This document shows positions 9,566 through 17,739 of a DNA stretch of 64,000 bases, in pieces. Source of the DNA: an uncultured Candidatus Saccharibacteria bacterium. Its GTDB lineage: Bacteria; Patescibacteriota; Minisyncoccia; Phycocordibacterales; UBA6899. The translations under genes and the position numbers were made by a program. Under the pieces are notes generated by a model. It was not told where the DNA came from. It saw only the letters and a program-made list of their open reading frames with translations, and did not search any database. The number at the start of each line of letters is the position of its first letter. Positions within the stretch are counted from its first letter, which is position 1. The DNA lies in assembly GCA_964386905.1 (NCBI GenBank), contig CAYLUP010000002.1, positions 522 to 64,521 on the forward strand, read 5' to 3'.

Positions 9566-9898
9566 CTATTTCTCTAACATATCATGCAAGAATTCAACAA
9601 CTCCTTGCCGCGCATACCATATATAGTACGGGAGAAAGTCAGGCAATTCTTCTTCTGTGCCATCATGATATCGTTGCACGCGATCGGAGTATGAAACAAT
9701 CGCATTCGGGAAAAGTTTTTCTGTATATGGCCTGAGTGCTTTCGCATCAAGATTCATGTTTTTCACTGTTTCTAGAGTAGCATATGATGCGGCTATTTCA
9801 TCGAGGTGAGGGGAGAGATACGAAAGGAGTTCTTCTGGCTCGCCGTGAAGAGCTTTTGCGACAAGAAGCAATTCTTTTTGAGTCTTTTCGTTTTGCAT
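9566..9898 (-). CDS. Hypothetical protein
   Basis: MQNEKTQKELL..., 110 aa; the longer called start overlaps the next gene. Confidence 0.6.
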   Translation of the reverse strand: MQNEKTQKELLLVAKALHGEPEELLSYLSPHLDEIAASYATLETVKNMNLDAKALRPYTEKLFPNAIVSYSDRVQRYHDGTEEELPDFLPYYIWYARQGVVEFLHDMLEK

Positions 9899-9947
9899 AA
9901 TTTTGAGTGGGAATAAAAGAGCGCCGTAGGGCGCCAGAAATACACGT

Positions 9948-10139
9948 TTAGCGTTTTTTTGGTGTCGGAAGATCCTTCGCCCAGTCTGGCGGAGTACTGG
10001 GAATCGGATCTTTTCCAGTGACGATTGTTTCGACCTTATGGTCCATTGCAGCAGATTTCTCAGCCGGGTTTTGCGGAATCGCGCTCCCCGTGAGAACTTC
10101 TGCATTCTGGTGGTCACTGTTCTTCTTGTTGGAAGACAT
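9948..10139 (-). CDS. Small hypothetical protein (63 aa)
   Basis: Strong SD AAAGGAGG before ATG (MSSNKKN...). Confidence 0.6.
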   Translation of the reverse strand: MSSNKKNSDHQNAEVLTGSAIPQNPAEKSAAMDHKVETIVTGKDPIPSTPPDWAKDLPTPKKR

Positions 10140-10211
10140 TGCTTCCTCCTTTCTTTCAACTGTATTCAGACTATCACTATCGGTAATCAAGTCAAGGATT
10201 GAGTACACCGG

Positions 10212-10370
10212 GAGCTGAAGGGGGCAGGCACAGTCAAAGTCCCCTTAAGTCCCTCTCAGCCCTGGAAAGCACTGTTCGGCTTCCAGGAGGGCAGATCGGT
10301 GTTCCAAAAACCAAGAAATTTGATTAGAACACGAATTGCAGGGTGATGGTGGTGCCTGTCCCCTCCAGTT
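10212..10370 (+). mobile_element. Non-autonomous internal-deletion derivative of the RAYT element
   Basis: Left end GAGCTGAAGGGGGCAGGCAC (18/20 to 3512-3531); 10262-10370 is a near-identical copy of 4245-4353. Confidence 0.85.
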
Positions 10371-10543
10371 TCGTATTTACGTTTTCGTATGCCTTTGTGT
10401 GGGGGTGGCCTAAGCCATCATACAAGAAACGCTCTCATTATTTTGCACGCGCAATGCAGCTTGATAAGGAGGGAAGAGGCACACTGGTGTCATGAATAAC
10501 ATGAGGTCTCACCTCATTTTTTTGTTCGTGGTATACTCTCTGT

Positions 10544-11434
10544 GTGAAACGAGAAACTACCGTTGTCTTGAGTGCGTTCGTTGTGATCTGCCTTTCTGTT
10601 GCAGCGTTTGCGCTCCTTAAAAGTATTCCGGCTCCTCTTCCTGAAGTACAGGTCACTCCTTCTCCCTATGATGGCGTCTATGTGATTGAAGGGGTTTCAA
10701 TTCCACTCCAGAACAAAGTCTATCATCACAGTGCAGGTACCCCAGTGGTTATTACACGATACTTTGGAAACGAGAAGGAATATGATGTCAATAAAGATGG
10801 CATATTGGATAAGATCTTTCTATTGGTTCAGGAGCGTAATGATAATAAGAGTGAATATTTTGTGACAGGGATTGTGTCTTCTGCGACCGGAACACAAACA
10901 GTCCCTGCAATACCTCTTGGTGTAAGTATTGCTCCCCAGACTATCGGTATCGAGGAGCATGGCGTCATTGCGGTAAATTATGCGGTGACAGGGGAAAGCC
11001 TTCGTGAGACTATTGGGGAAACATTGCGTTTGAAATATGATGCCCGGGAAAATATGTTTAGTCTTGTCGCACCGTACGTTGAAGAAGATACATCTACTGA
11101 GAGTATGTCACTTCAAATGAAAACGTGGGGGTGGAAGAGCACCGTTGTCGGAGGTGAGACACATATTCCGCAGAAACCTGGGGTCTTTGCGCTTACCTTT
11201 GTATCAGATCGCACTTTTAGCCTCCGCACAGATTGTAATGGTGGGGGAGGTGAATACACTGTTGAACGCCAGAAGATCACGTTTTCTCACATGATCTCAA
11301 CCCTCATGTATTGCGAAGGATCACAGGAGCAGGCTTTTCGAGATATGCTTGCGCGAGTCTCTTCGTTCTCCTTTTCTTTAAAGGGCGAGCTCGTGCTTCA
11401 CACCTCTCAACAAGAGGAGATGATTTTTCAATAA
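10544..11434 (+). CDS. Membrane-anchored META (HslJ-like) domain protein
   Basis: N-terminal TM; C-terminal TDCNGGGGEY..STLMYC..EQAF. Confidence 0.82.
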   Translation: MKRETTVVLSAFVVICLSVAAFALLKSIPAPLPEVQVTPSPYDGVYVIEGVSIPLQNKVYHHSAGTPVVITRYFGNEKEYDVNKDGILDKIFLLVQERNDNKSEYFVTGIVSSATGTQTVPAIPLGVSIAPQTIGIEEHGVIAVNYAVTGESLRETIGETLRLKYDARENMFSLVAPYVEEDTSTESMSLQMKTWGWKSTVVGGETHIPQKPGVFALTFVSDRTFSLRTDCNGGGGEYTVERQKITFSHMISTLMYCEGSQEQAFRDMLARVSSFSFSLKGELVLHTSQQEEMIFQ

Positions 11435-11553
11435 ACGCCAGTGGGCGTTTTTTGTACAGATCATTCATGTGATGGTATATGGTACTCGTGCAATCGTGAT
11501 TGCATAGACAGGTTGAATTTTTCTGCTATCTTTCTACAAGAATAGGAGAGTAT

Positions 11554-11772
11554 ATGATTTCGGCAGAGCCAACGTTAACGCTGCTCGGTACAATGACTCC
11601 GCGCGCCAGTCGAGGGTTTTTCCTTGCCGTTGTGGAAATCCGAGGTTCGTATTTTCGCATAAACGAAGAATTGTCATCCTTGTCGGATGCATGGAATTTT
11701 GGTGCCTTCGTGCGAACGCAAGGGAGATTTGCTGTGTACGATGAGTATGGCAGGAACCGTGTTCGGGCATGA
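11554..11772 (+). CDS. Small hypothetical protein
   Basis: SD AGGAG, ATG 11554, terminator hairpins after the stop. Confidence 0.5.
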   Translation: MISAEPTLTLLGTMTPRASRGFFLAVVEIRGSYFRINEELSSLSDAWNFGAFVRTQGRFAVYDEYGRNRVRA

Positions 11773-11841
11773 CCAGACTACTTCAACCCCACACCTGTGG
11801 GGTTTTACGTATAAAAACCCGCGCATGTGCGCGGGTTGTTC

Positions 11842-13020
11842 TTAAATCAGGATAAGCTGGAGTGGAGGGAATCCATTGAATCCCACCGATGAGTAGCTCA
11901 TCGTGTATGCACCCGTTCCAAAGAAGAGAACCGGGTCATCTTCTTTCAAGCCAGGGGGCACACTGTAGAGGTGCTTCTGATACAGGATGTCTGCGGAGTC
12001 GCAGGTATGTCCTGCAATAATGGCTTCCAGGAGATGTTCTGGGTCCACATCGTGTCCAGGGAAGTAGAGGGGATATTTAATCGACTCTCCTTCAGTTTCT
12101 GCGAGACCGTGGAAACGACCAGTGTTCAGGAAGAGCCACCACTCATTACCATCAATACGCTTTTGCGAAAAGAGAACAACTTTCGCTGCGACAATCCCTG
12201 CATCTGCAGTGAGAGATCGTCCTGGTTCGACGATGATGTCGAGATCTTGCATGTCTCCAAAATGTTTTTGGATATATCCCATGACAGCATTTCCGTAGTA
12301 TGCAGTCGATTGCGTTGGGCGCAGATACTGTGCAGGAAAACCGCCTCCAACATTCACACACTTCAGTTCAATGTCTTGTTTTTTGAGTGCGTCGAAGAGT
12401 GCGCGTACGAGGGTGAGCGCGATGTCCCACTGGCCAATAAAGCGCTGTTGGCTTCCGACATGGAATGATACTCCGTACGGAATGAGACCGTGATCTCGTG
12501 CAAGAACGGCAAGATGTTCCACCATGTCGAGGTGCGCACCAAACTTACGGGAAAGAGGCCAGTCGGCACCCTCTCCGTCGAGAATGATGCGAAAGTTTAC
12601 TCGAGATCCTGGTGCATGCATTGCAAGCTTGCGCACGTCGGCAATTGCATCGGTTGTAAAGAGCCGGATGTCATTTGCATATGCAAAGGCGATATCTTCT
12701 GAATGCTTGATCGTGTTTCCATAACTCATTTTTGAGCCGGGGATTCCGAGGCGAAGTGCTTGTTCGATTTCTGGACGCGAAGCAACATCGAGATTTCCGC
12801 CGCGGGAGACGACGAGGCCAAGTACCGCATCAACGGGACAGGCTTTCATTGCAAAAAAGATGCGCGCGTTCGGCATTGAGCGCTCAAGCTCAGTGTATGC
12901 CTCGTCAATTTTCGAAAGGTTCAGGACGAGATGTGCGTCCTTGAGGTCTTTAGTCATCTCCAGAATGCGCACGATATCGTGACCTTTTGCGAGTTCCGCG
13001 GCACGAGTGTAGTTTTCCAC
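11842..13020 (-). CDS. Ornithine/lysine decarboxylase, PLP fold-type III
   Basis: FAMKAC (PLP lysine), FHVGSQ, GGGFP, EPGR, TCDSAD, GAYT, FNGFPP; SD AGGAG before GTG 13020. Confidence 0.92.
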   Translation of the reverse strand: MENYTRAAELAKGHDIVRILEMTKDLKDAHLVLNLSKIDEAYTELERSMPNARIFFAMKACPVDAVLGLVVSRGGNLDVASRPEIEQALRLGIPGSKMSYGNTIKHSEDIAFAYANDIRLFTTDAIADVRKLAMHAPGSRVNFRIILDGEGADWPLSRKFGAHLDMVEHLAVLARDHGLIPYGVSFHVGSQQRFIGQWDIALTLVRALFDALKKQDIELKCVNVGGGFPAQYLRPTQSTAYYGNAVMGYIQKHFGDMQDLDIIVEPGRSLTADAGIVAAKVVLFSQKRIDGNEWWLFLNTGRFHGLAETEGESIKYPLYFPGHDVDPEHLLEAIIAGHTCDSADILYQKHLYSVPPGLKEDDPVLFFGTGAYTMSYSSVGFNGFPPLQLILI

Positions 13021-13135
13021 AATAACTCCTATAGTGAGAAGGAACGGTTTTTGGCTGCTGCAAACAATAACACGAAAATGTCGATTAGGCAATACTCTTC
13101 TTGCGATATGTAGTGAGAGGTGTATGCTGTTATAT

Positions 13136-13441
13136 ATGTTTCAAGACTACATACATTATTTTCGAGACAACCCGAAAGGGTATTGGTTTAAGGCAAAGTT
13201 ATACGGGTGGGGATGAACACCGGTAAAGTGGCAAGGATGTGCTGTGATTCTTGCATACCTTGCTATACTGTTCTTCTTATCTCAAGGCATTACTCCTGAC
13301 CAGTCATTTCAAGATCTCTTGGTCCCATTCTTTATCCCGTTTATTGCCGCAACAGGGTTGCTTATTACGGTATGTGCAATTAAAGGCGAGAAACCGCGCT
13401 GGCAATGGGGGCCACCAAGGCAAAAAGACGACAATGTATAG
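13136..13441 (+). pseudogene. Small membrane protein (WFKAKxYGWGW type) with in-frame TGA
   Basis: YWFKAKLYGWG*TPVKWQG; the two track ORFs are in frame across TGA 13214-13216; ends GEKPRWQWG. Confidence 0.7.
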
Positions 13442-13508
13442 TCGTCTTTTTTGTCACACGATGTTTTGTGTTTTGTTATACTATATATTATTCATTCTTT
13501 ACATACAT

Positions 13509-14288
13509 ATGGTAAAAAAATTTATTCCACTTTTTCTTTTCGGTTGTCTATTTATCGCTCCGCTTTCTCTGTCGGCTGAGTCAGTAAAACAGCCAAATCT
13601 GTATCTGTATACAGAAGCACAGCTTATCGAGTTGATTGCGAAGCTCCAGAAGCAGCTTGCAGAAATTCGCGCAAATACATCGCAGTGTATCCTTGCTGAA
13701 GTTGATTTGTCTGTTGGGGACGGTGAAGACGCAAAGACGCGAGAATATGTAAAAGCAGTACAATCATTTCTAAGGGAGAAGGGATACCTGGGTGTTGAGC
13801 CGACTGGATATTTCGGAAAGCTTACACGACAGGCCGTTGTTGCATTTCAGGCGGCACAAGGACTTCCTCAGACAGGTGAAGTGTCCTCTGCAATGCGCAC
13901 AAAAGTAAAAGAATTTCAATGTATCAAAAAGTACATTAAGCAGGAAGTGAAAGACAAGAAAGAAGAGTGGAAAGAGGAGAAGAGGGAGAATCCCGTAGAA
14001 GAAAAAAGCGGAGTGAGTTCTATCTCGCTCACAGTGAGTGGAAAGAATGTGTTCTGGAGTACTGTTGGATACTCAAAGAGCGGATATAAGATTGTGTGGT
14101 CAAAAAATACTGCACCAACATACCCAACGAGAGAGGGTGATGCATATATTTATTTATCAAACCCAAGCGCAAAAGAGGCAGCAATCCATGCGTTTGCTGG
14201 TCCTGGTGTGTATTCAGTCCGTGTGTGTGAGTACCTCGGAGGAAAGTGCGGAATCTATTCTAATGAAGGTCGCGTCACGATGGATTAG
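13509..14288 (+). CDS. Secreted peptidoglycan-binding domain protein
   Basis: Signal peptide; VKAVQSFL..GY..TGYFGKLTRQAVVAFQ..GL..TG.V. Confidence 0.85.
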   Translation: MVKKFIPLFLFGCLFIAPLSLSAESVKQPNLYLYTEAQLIELIAKLQKQLAEIRANTSQCILAEVDLSVGDGEDAKTREYVKAVQSFLREKGYLGVEPTGYFGKLTRQAVVAFQAAQGLPQTGEVSSAMRTKVKEFQCIKKYIKQEVKDKKEEWKEEKRENPVEEKSGVSSISLTVSGKNVFWSTVGYSKSGYKIVWSKNTAPTYPTREGDAYIYLSNPSAKEAAIHAFAGPGVYSVRVCEYLGGKCGIYSNEGRVTMD

Positions 14289-14316
14289 AAAAACACTGCA
14301 GGTGCAGTGTTTTCTT

Positions 14317-14709
14317 TTACCAGAAAAGTTGTCTTCGCATGTTTTGAAAGAGTCGATCTTGCTCTTCCCAGTATGCACGAAGTGTCTCTTGCCGTTTTTT
14401 CCAAGCTTCTTCAGTTGCACGAACTTCCTCTTCAGTAATGGGGGTAGCCTGTGTTTCTGTTTGCCATACTCCATCCTTGAATACACTACGAATTTCGCTC
14501 CGTGTTCCATAGGGCGAAGTGACGATAGGCTGAGATGTTGAGGAGGTTGTAAACGCATGTTCTTTCAGTGTATGAAGTTGAGATTCTAGCCGATGGAGCT
14601 GATATAACGTAAATCCTTGTGCAACAAGTGAGAGTAGAGCGAGGCATGCGATGGTCAAAAGAAGTATGACCCTCTTTCGAAGAAAAAGATATTCAAAAAA
14701 TGATTTCAT
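14317..14709 (-). CDS. Hypothetical membrane-anchored protein downstream of Hsp20
   Basis: N-terminal TM; 3 nt from the hsp20 stop. Confidence 0.65.
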   Translation of the reverse strand: MKSFFEYLFLRKRVILLLTIACLALLSLVAQGFTLYQLHRLESQLHTLKEHAFTTSSTSQPIVTSPYGTRSEIRSVFKDGVWQTETQATPITEEEVRATEEAWKKRQETLRAYWEEQDRLFQNMRRQLFW

Positions 14710-14712
14710 ATG

Positions 14713-15150
14713 TTATTGGATAGGGATTTCTCGCCGAGTCGAGAGTCCCGTTTTTGTTTTTGGAATGCGAATAATGAGCTCGCCATTTTCATATGACGCA
14801 CGAATATTCTCACGATCTATATTATCTGGAAGAGAAAACGATCGTGAAAACGCACTATAGTTATATTCACATCGAGAGTATTTCTTTTTCTCACGGTGTA
14901 GCTCCTCTTGGGTTCGTTCTGCAGAAATTGTGAGGGTGTCATCGTGAATGTGAATTGTACATTGTTCTTTTTGTATTCCAGGTACGGCGAGCGAAACCTC
15001 ATAATACCCCTCTTCTTCTTTGATGTTGGTCGCGGGTAGGTTGTACCCGTGAAATAGATGCTTTTGGAAGTCCCCACCAAAGAATTCGTCTAATAATGAA
15101 GGAAAACGGGGGGATGAATCCTGTGTGTTATTCCATGTTATTAAACTCAT
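14713..15150 (-). CDS. Hsp20/alpha-crystallin small heat-shock protein
   Basis: PATNIKE, AVPG, FSRSFSLP, ASYENGELIIRIPK. Confidence 0.93.
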   Translation of the reverse strand: MSLITWNNTQDSSPRFPSLLDEFFGGDFQKHLFHGYNLPATNIKEEEGYYEVSLAVPGIQKEQCTIHIHDDTLTISAERTQEELHREKKKYSRCEYNYSAFSRSFSLPDNIDRENIRASYENGELIIRIPKTKTGLSTRREIPIQ

Positions 15151-15285
15151 ATTGTGTGTACGTAAAAACGTATAATATGCAACATCCTGTTGCGACTTTA
15201 TTGTAAAAAGAGCGGTATTGTTCGTCAAGATCCTTGCGAACAGAGGTTCTTTTGTGTAGAGTCGGTAGAGATGGTTGGAGGCAGT

Positions 15286-15750
15286 ATGCCCTTTACTCTT
15301 GCAACAGCAATTGGCATTGCCGCGATGGCACACAAAGATCGGAAAGATAAAACACAAAAGCCATATATTTTTCATCCCCTCACGGTCATGATGCACCCAT
15401 CGCTCCAATCACAAGAGGAGCATATGGCAGCAGTTCTCCATGACGTGCTGGAGGACACAAAAATTACTGTCGGTTTTTTGCGTTCATCTGGGTGTCCTGA
15501 GGTTGTTCTTCAGTGGCTTGATTTTTTGACAAAGAGAAAGGAGGAGGAGCACGACTACGAGGCATACATCGACCGTATTGCCCGTGCTCCTTCGCCAGTA
15601 ATACGAGTGAAGCTTGCTGATCTGTGTCACAATAAGGATCTTTCTCGTTTTGTTTCCCCGACCGAGAGAGATATCGTTCGGACAGAGAAATATGAGCGTG
15701 CGCACGCTCGACTCCGTCATGTTTTAGAATCGCGAGAGTTTTGCGAATAA
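15286..15750 (+). CDS. Stand-alone RelA/SpoT-type HD hydrolase (small alarmone hydrolase/Mesh1-like)
   Basis: AH..RKD..PYIFHP, AAVLHDVLEDT, VKLADLCHN; SD GGAGG. Confidence 0.85.
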   Translation: MPFTLATAIGIAAMAHKDRKDKTQKPYIFHPLTVMMHPSLQSQEEHMAAVLHDVLEDTKITVGFLRSSGCPEVVLQWLDFLTKRKEEEHDYEAYIDRIARAPSPVIRVKLADLCHNKDLSRFVSPTERDIVRTEKYERAHARLRHVLESREFCE

Positions 15751-15827
15751 AGTCAGCCAGCATTTTGCTGGCTTTTTGTTGCTTTATTGTATCGTTCGTG
15801 TACTCTTGGAAAAGACATGGAGGTAGT

Positions 15828-16619
15828 ATGACTACACTCAGTTCTCGAACACCATACATCGGTGTTACAGATGTCCCTTCTTTTAGTCGTGCGAGTGACT
15901 TGTATCATCACTTCCTTGGCTCCTTGCGATCTGGTGTGCATAGGTCTTTTCACGTGGGAGTGATGACGAGTAGAAAAATATTGCTTGGAGAACCAACAAG
16001 GTGGGCAGCAGTATACCCACAAAAAGAGATTCTTGCAGGAATTCTTTCTCACCCACTGACGTATAATTGCGTGCATTATGCAGATTACGACGATCTGGGC
16101 GTAGATGAACATCTTGATGCGACATTAAGTTGTGTCGCAGATTATGCTGGGGCGCGGCTCGATGCAATTCAACTAGACATGATTTGGCCTAATCCTCATC
16201 TGCTTGCACGATTCAAGGGTGTGAGAGAGTGTGAGCTGATTTTGCAGATTGGAAGGAAAGCACTCGATATTGTTGGCGACAATGCAACACAACTCTGTGC
16301 GCGGTTGCGTTCATATGAAGGCATCGTAGAGCGCCTGTTGCTCGATATGAGTGGAGGGGAGGGGCGAGAAATGCAATCTGAGCGCCTTCTTCCTTACTTA
16401 CGATTAATACGGGATCAACTCCCAGATTTTTCTCTCGGAGTTGCTGGTGGGCTTGGTCCATATTCGTTGCATCTTTTGGAGCCAATTCTTCCCGAATTTC
16501 CAAATATTAGCATTGACGCACAGGGGCAATTGCGAAATTCAGGAAATGCAATGGACCCCATTGACTGGTGGCGCGCTGAAAAATATCTTACCGAAGCGCT
16601 ACGTATTTTGGATCAATAA
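15828..16619 (+). CDS. TIM-barrel protein, distant TrpF-like
   Basis: IQLD, LLLDMSGGEG, GVAGGLGP, ISIDA motifs; SD GGAGG. Confidence 0.6.
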   Translation: MTTLSSRTPYIGVTDVPSFSRASDLYHHFLGSLRSGVHRSFHVGVMTSRKILLGEPTRWAAVYPQKEILAGILSHPLTYNCVHYADYDDLGVDEHLDATLSCVADYAGARLDAIQLDMIWPNPHLLARFKGVRECELILQIGRKALDIVGDNATQLCARLRSYEGIVERLLLDMSGGEGREMQSERLLPYLRLIRDQLPDFSLGVAGGLGPYSLHLLEPILPEFPNISIDAQGQLRNSGNAMDPIDWWRAEKYLTEALRILDQ

Positions 16620-16770
16620 ACGAAACCCGCGTTGCGGGTTTTTGTTTTGTTGACATAATAAAATTTTAGTGTTGAAATATTTCTCTTTCATCACACTTTG
16701 GATTTCAGGCGTAATATATATCATAGAACAGGCATGATTATTGCCTCGTCTACTATAATTATCGCATATT

Positions 16771-17655
16771 ATGAAAAAGACATATTTTATTATTCCTGTG
16801 CTTTGTGCGCTTTTGCTTCAATCGACAGCTGCTTTTGCTGAAAGCCGAAAGGATGTTGGGCGACCAGAAGATAAAGTTCGTCCAGCTGTAACGCGTGAGG
16901 AAGAAAAACGACCAACCCCAATGCCTCTTGGTGATAAGGATTGGAAAAGAAACGATGCTGTAAAAGGGAAGGCATTTGTGGGAATTGTGAATACGGTGGG
17001 CACGACGAGTTTTACCATGAAGCTTACCGCACGTTATGAGGGTGCATCAACAGGAACAGTGTTTACTGTTGATACAACAAATGCGAAGTTCTTACAGTCT
17101 GGAATCGTGGAATCTGGAACTTCGACTGCAACAACAACAGGGAGCTCAACTCCAGCAACAATCTCACAGCTTGTTTCGGGTGCACGCGTGCTTGTGAATG
17201 GAACGATCGAAGGAACAACAATTACTGCAAAGAATGTGCACATTGGTATTCCCGCACGTGCAGAAAAACGCGTTGAAGATCGCAAGGAAAAACGCCCAGA
17301 AGTGCGTCCAATTGATTTAATTCAGCAGGGAGATGGGCAGCCAGTCATTGTCGGAATAGTAGGAACTACCACTGGCTCATCGACAACGTTCGTGCTTACA
17401 AACAAGAATAATGTTGCATACACAATTGATGCCGCAAATGCGAAGGTGTATCTCAAGGCCGCAACAGGTACAGTTGCTGACATAAAAACCGGAGATCGTG
17501 TTGTTGTACAGGGTACAGTGACCGGAACATCGATCGTTGCAACGACAGTGATTGATCATGGGCAAGTTGCTCTCAAGCGTATTGATGATAAGACGGGTCT
17601 TGTAAAACCAACAATCGCAGAGAAGGTGAAGGGTTTCTTCAAGAAATTCTTCTAA
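16771..17655 (+). CDS. Secreted protein with two DUF5666-like OB repeats
   Basis: Signal peptide (AFA); two G.V...FT..TVD..A....I..L..G.RV.V.G repeats; ends KGFFKKFF. Confidence 0.7.
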   Translation: MKKTYFIIPVLCALLLQSTAAFAESRKDVGRPEDKVRPAVTREEEKRPTPMPLGDKDWKRNDAVKGKAFVGIVNTVGTTSFTMKLTARYEGASTGTVFTVDTTNAKFLQSGIVESGTSTATTTGSSTPATISQLVSGARVLVNGTIEGTTITAKNVHIGIPARAEKRVEDRKEKRPEVRPIDLIQQGDGQPVIVGIVGTTTGSSTTFVLTNKNNVAYTIDAANAKVYLKAATGTVADIKTGDRVVVQGTVTGTSIVATTVIDHGQVALKRIDDKTGLVKPTIAEKVKGFFKKFF

Positions 17656-17739
17656 TAGAAAAACACACAACAATACTGTTGTGTGTTTTTTGTGTATTGT
17701 TTTCTGTTCTTTAGAGATAAAACTTGTTACAATGAAGAC

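Noticed and set aside
13214-13216. Alternative genetic code (TGA recoded)
   Set aside because: Single case; TGA terminates several intact genes in the window
15150-15285. CIRCE operator upstream of hsp20
   Set aside because: No TTAGCACTC-N9-GAGTGCTAA; only a short GCAACA-TCC-TGTTGC inverted repeat of unknown meaning
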